Shown here in pieces: positions 63,922-64,000 of a stretch of 64,000 nt of DNA. Source of the DNA: an uncultured Actinomycetes bacterium (lineage in GTDB: Bacteria; Actinomycetota; Thermoleophilia; Gaiellales; Gaiellaceae). Numbering within the stretch: position 1 is the first letter of the stretch; each line of letters opens with the position of its first letter. The position numbers were made by a program, and so were the translations under genes. The stretch is from contig CAWJGS010000010.1 of NCBI GenBank assembly GCA_963842575.1, forward strand, positions 422,871 through 486,870. Reading direction: 5' to 3'. Under the pieces are notes generated by a model, which was not told where the DNA came from, made no database searches, and saw nothing but the letters and a program-made list of their open reading frames with translations.

Positions 63922-64000
63922 GTGACAGAGCTTGTGACATCCCAGCGAACCTTCGACGAACGACTGCGCACGCGCGAGGCGAAGATCGGAATCGTCGGGC
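63922..64000 (+). CDS. Start of a probable nucleotide-sugar dehydrogenase (partial, runs off the right edge)
   Basis: GTG at 63922 gives (M)TELVTSQRTFDERLRTREAKIGIVG, which ends at the beginning of a Rossmann GxGxxG motif. Only 26 codons are visible. Confidence 0.35.
   Translation, partial: MTELVTSQRTFDERLRTREAKIGIVG

Noticed and set aside
61258-63971. Long ORFs 61258..62520(-), 61647..62453(+), 62450..63880(+) and 62595..63971(-)
   Set aside because: They are off-frame or antisense to the DUF354 and wecA genes. Only the last 67 codons of 61258..62520 (the atpZ-like gene) are retained.

Overview
About 70% G+C chromosomal DNA with Actinomycetota-type gene order: wecA - atpZ/I - atpBEFHAG ... 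atpDC; comFC - hpf - secA; prfB - ftsE - ftsX - rnr ... smpB ... ssrA. I support about 70 features, all read by eye from the sequence and ORF track with no database search. These include a CAT-anticodon tRNA next to an integrase remnant, a 359-nt tmRNA, prfB with its canonical CUU UGA C +1 shift site, two ABC importers, and a SAM-cycle gene string (ahcY, mtnA, two methyltransferases, MerR). There are also several large secreted repeat proteins: a B-repeat protein, a Pmp/PGRS-like protein, a HAF-repeat protein, and a multicopper oxidase fused to FG-GAP and YtkA-like domains. Four main observations follow. (1) At least 18 unprogrammed single-base frameshifts split otherwise collinear genes. Most behave as one extra base in a short homopolymer run, and nine fall within 34.5-39.5 kb. 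Assembly indel error is the most likely cause, with genuine gene decay as the alternative. (2) The ATP synthase operon is interrupted between atpG and atpD by a 7.6-kb co-directional cassette. The cassette holds a peptide ABC importer, a membrane protein and an orphan anti-sigma factor. (3) The leftmost gene is absent from the supplied ORF track because it runs off the edge, and it contains a 246-bp tandem duplication with one mismatch. (4) Three genes appear to start at CTG at or beside the upstream stop codon. I see no CRISPR array, no intact mobile element and no recognisable defence system. Candidates for something new are listed as findings with modest scores, and none is demonstrated. 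Many long ORFs in the track are off-frame or antisense artefacts of high-GC DNA and are rejected.
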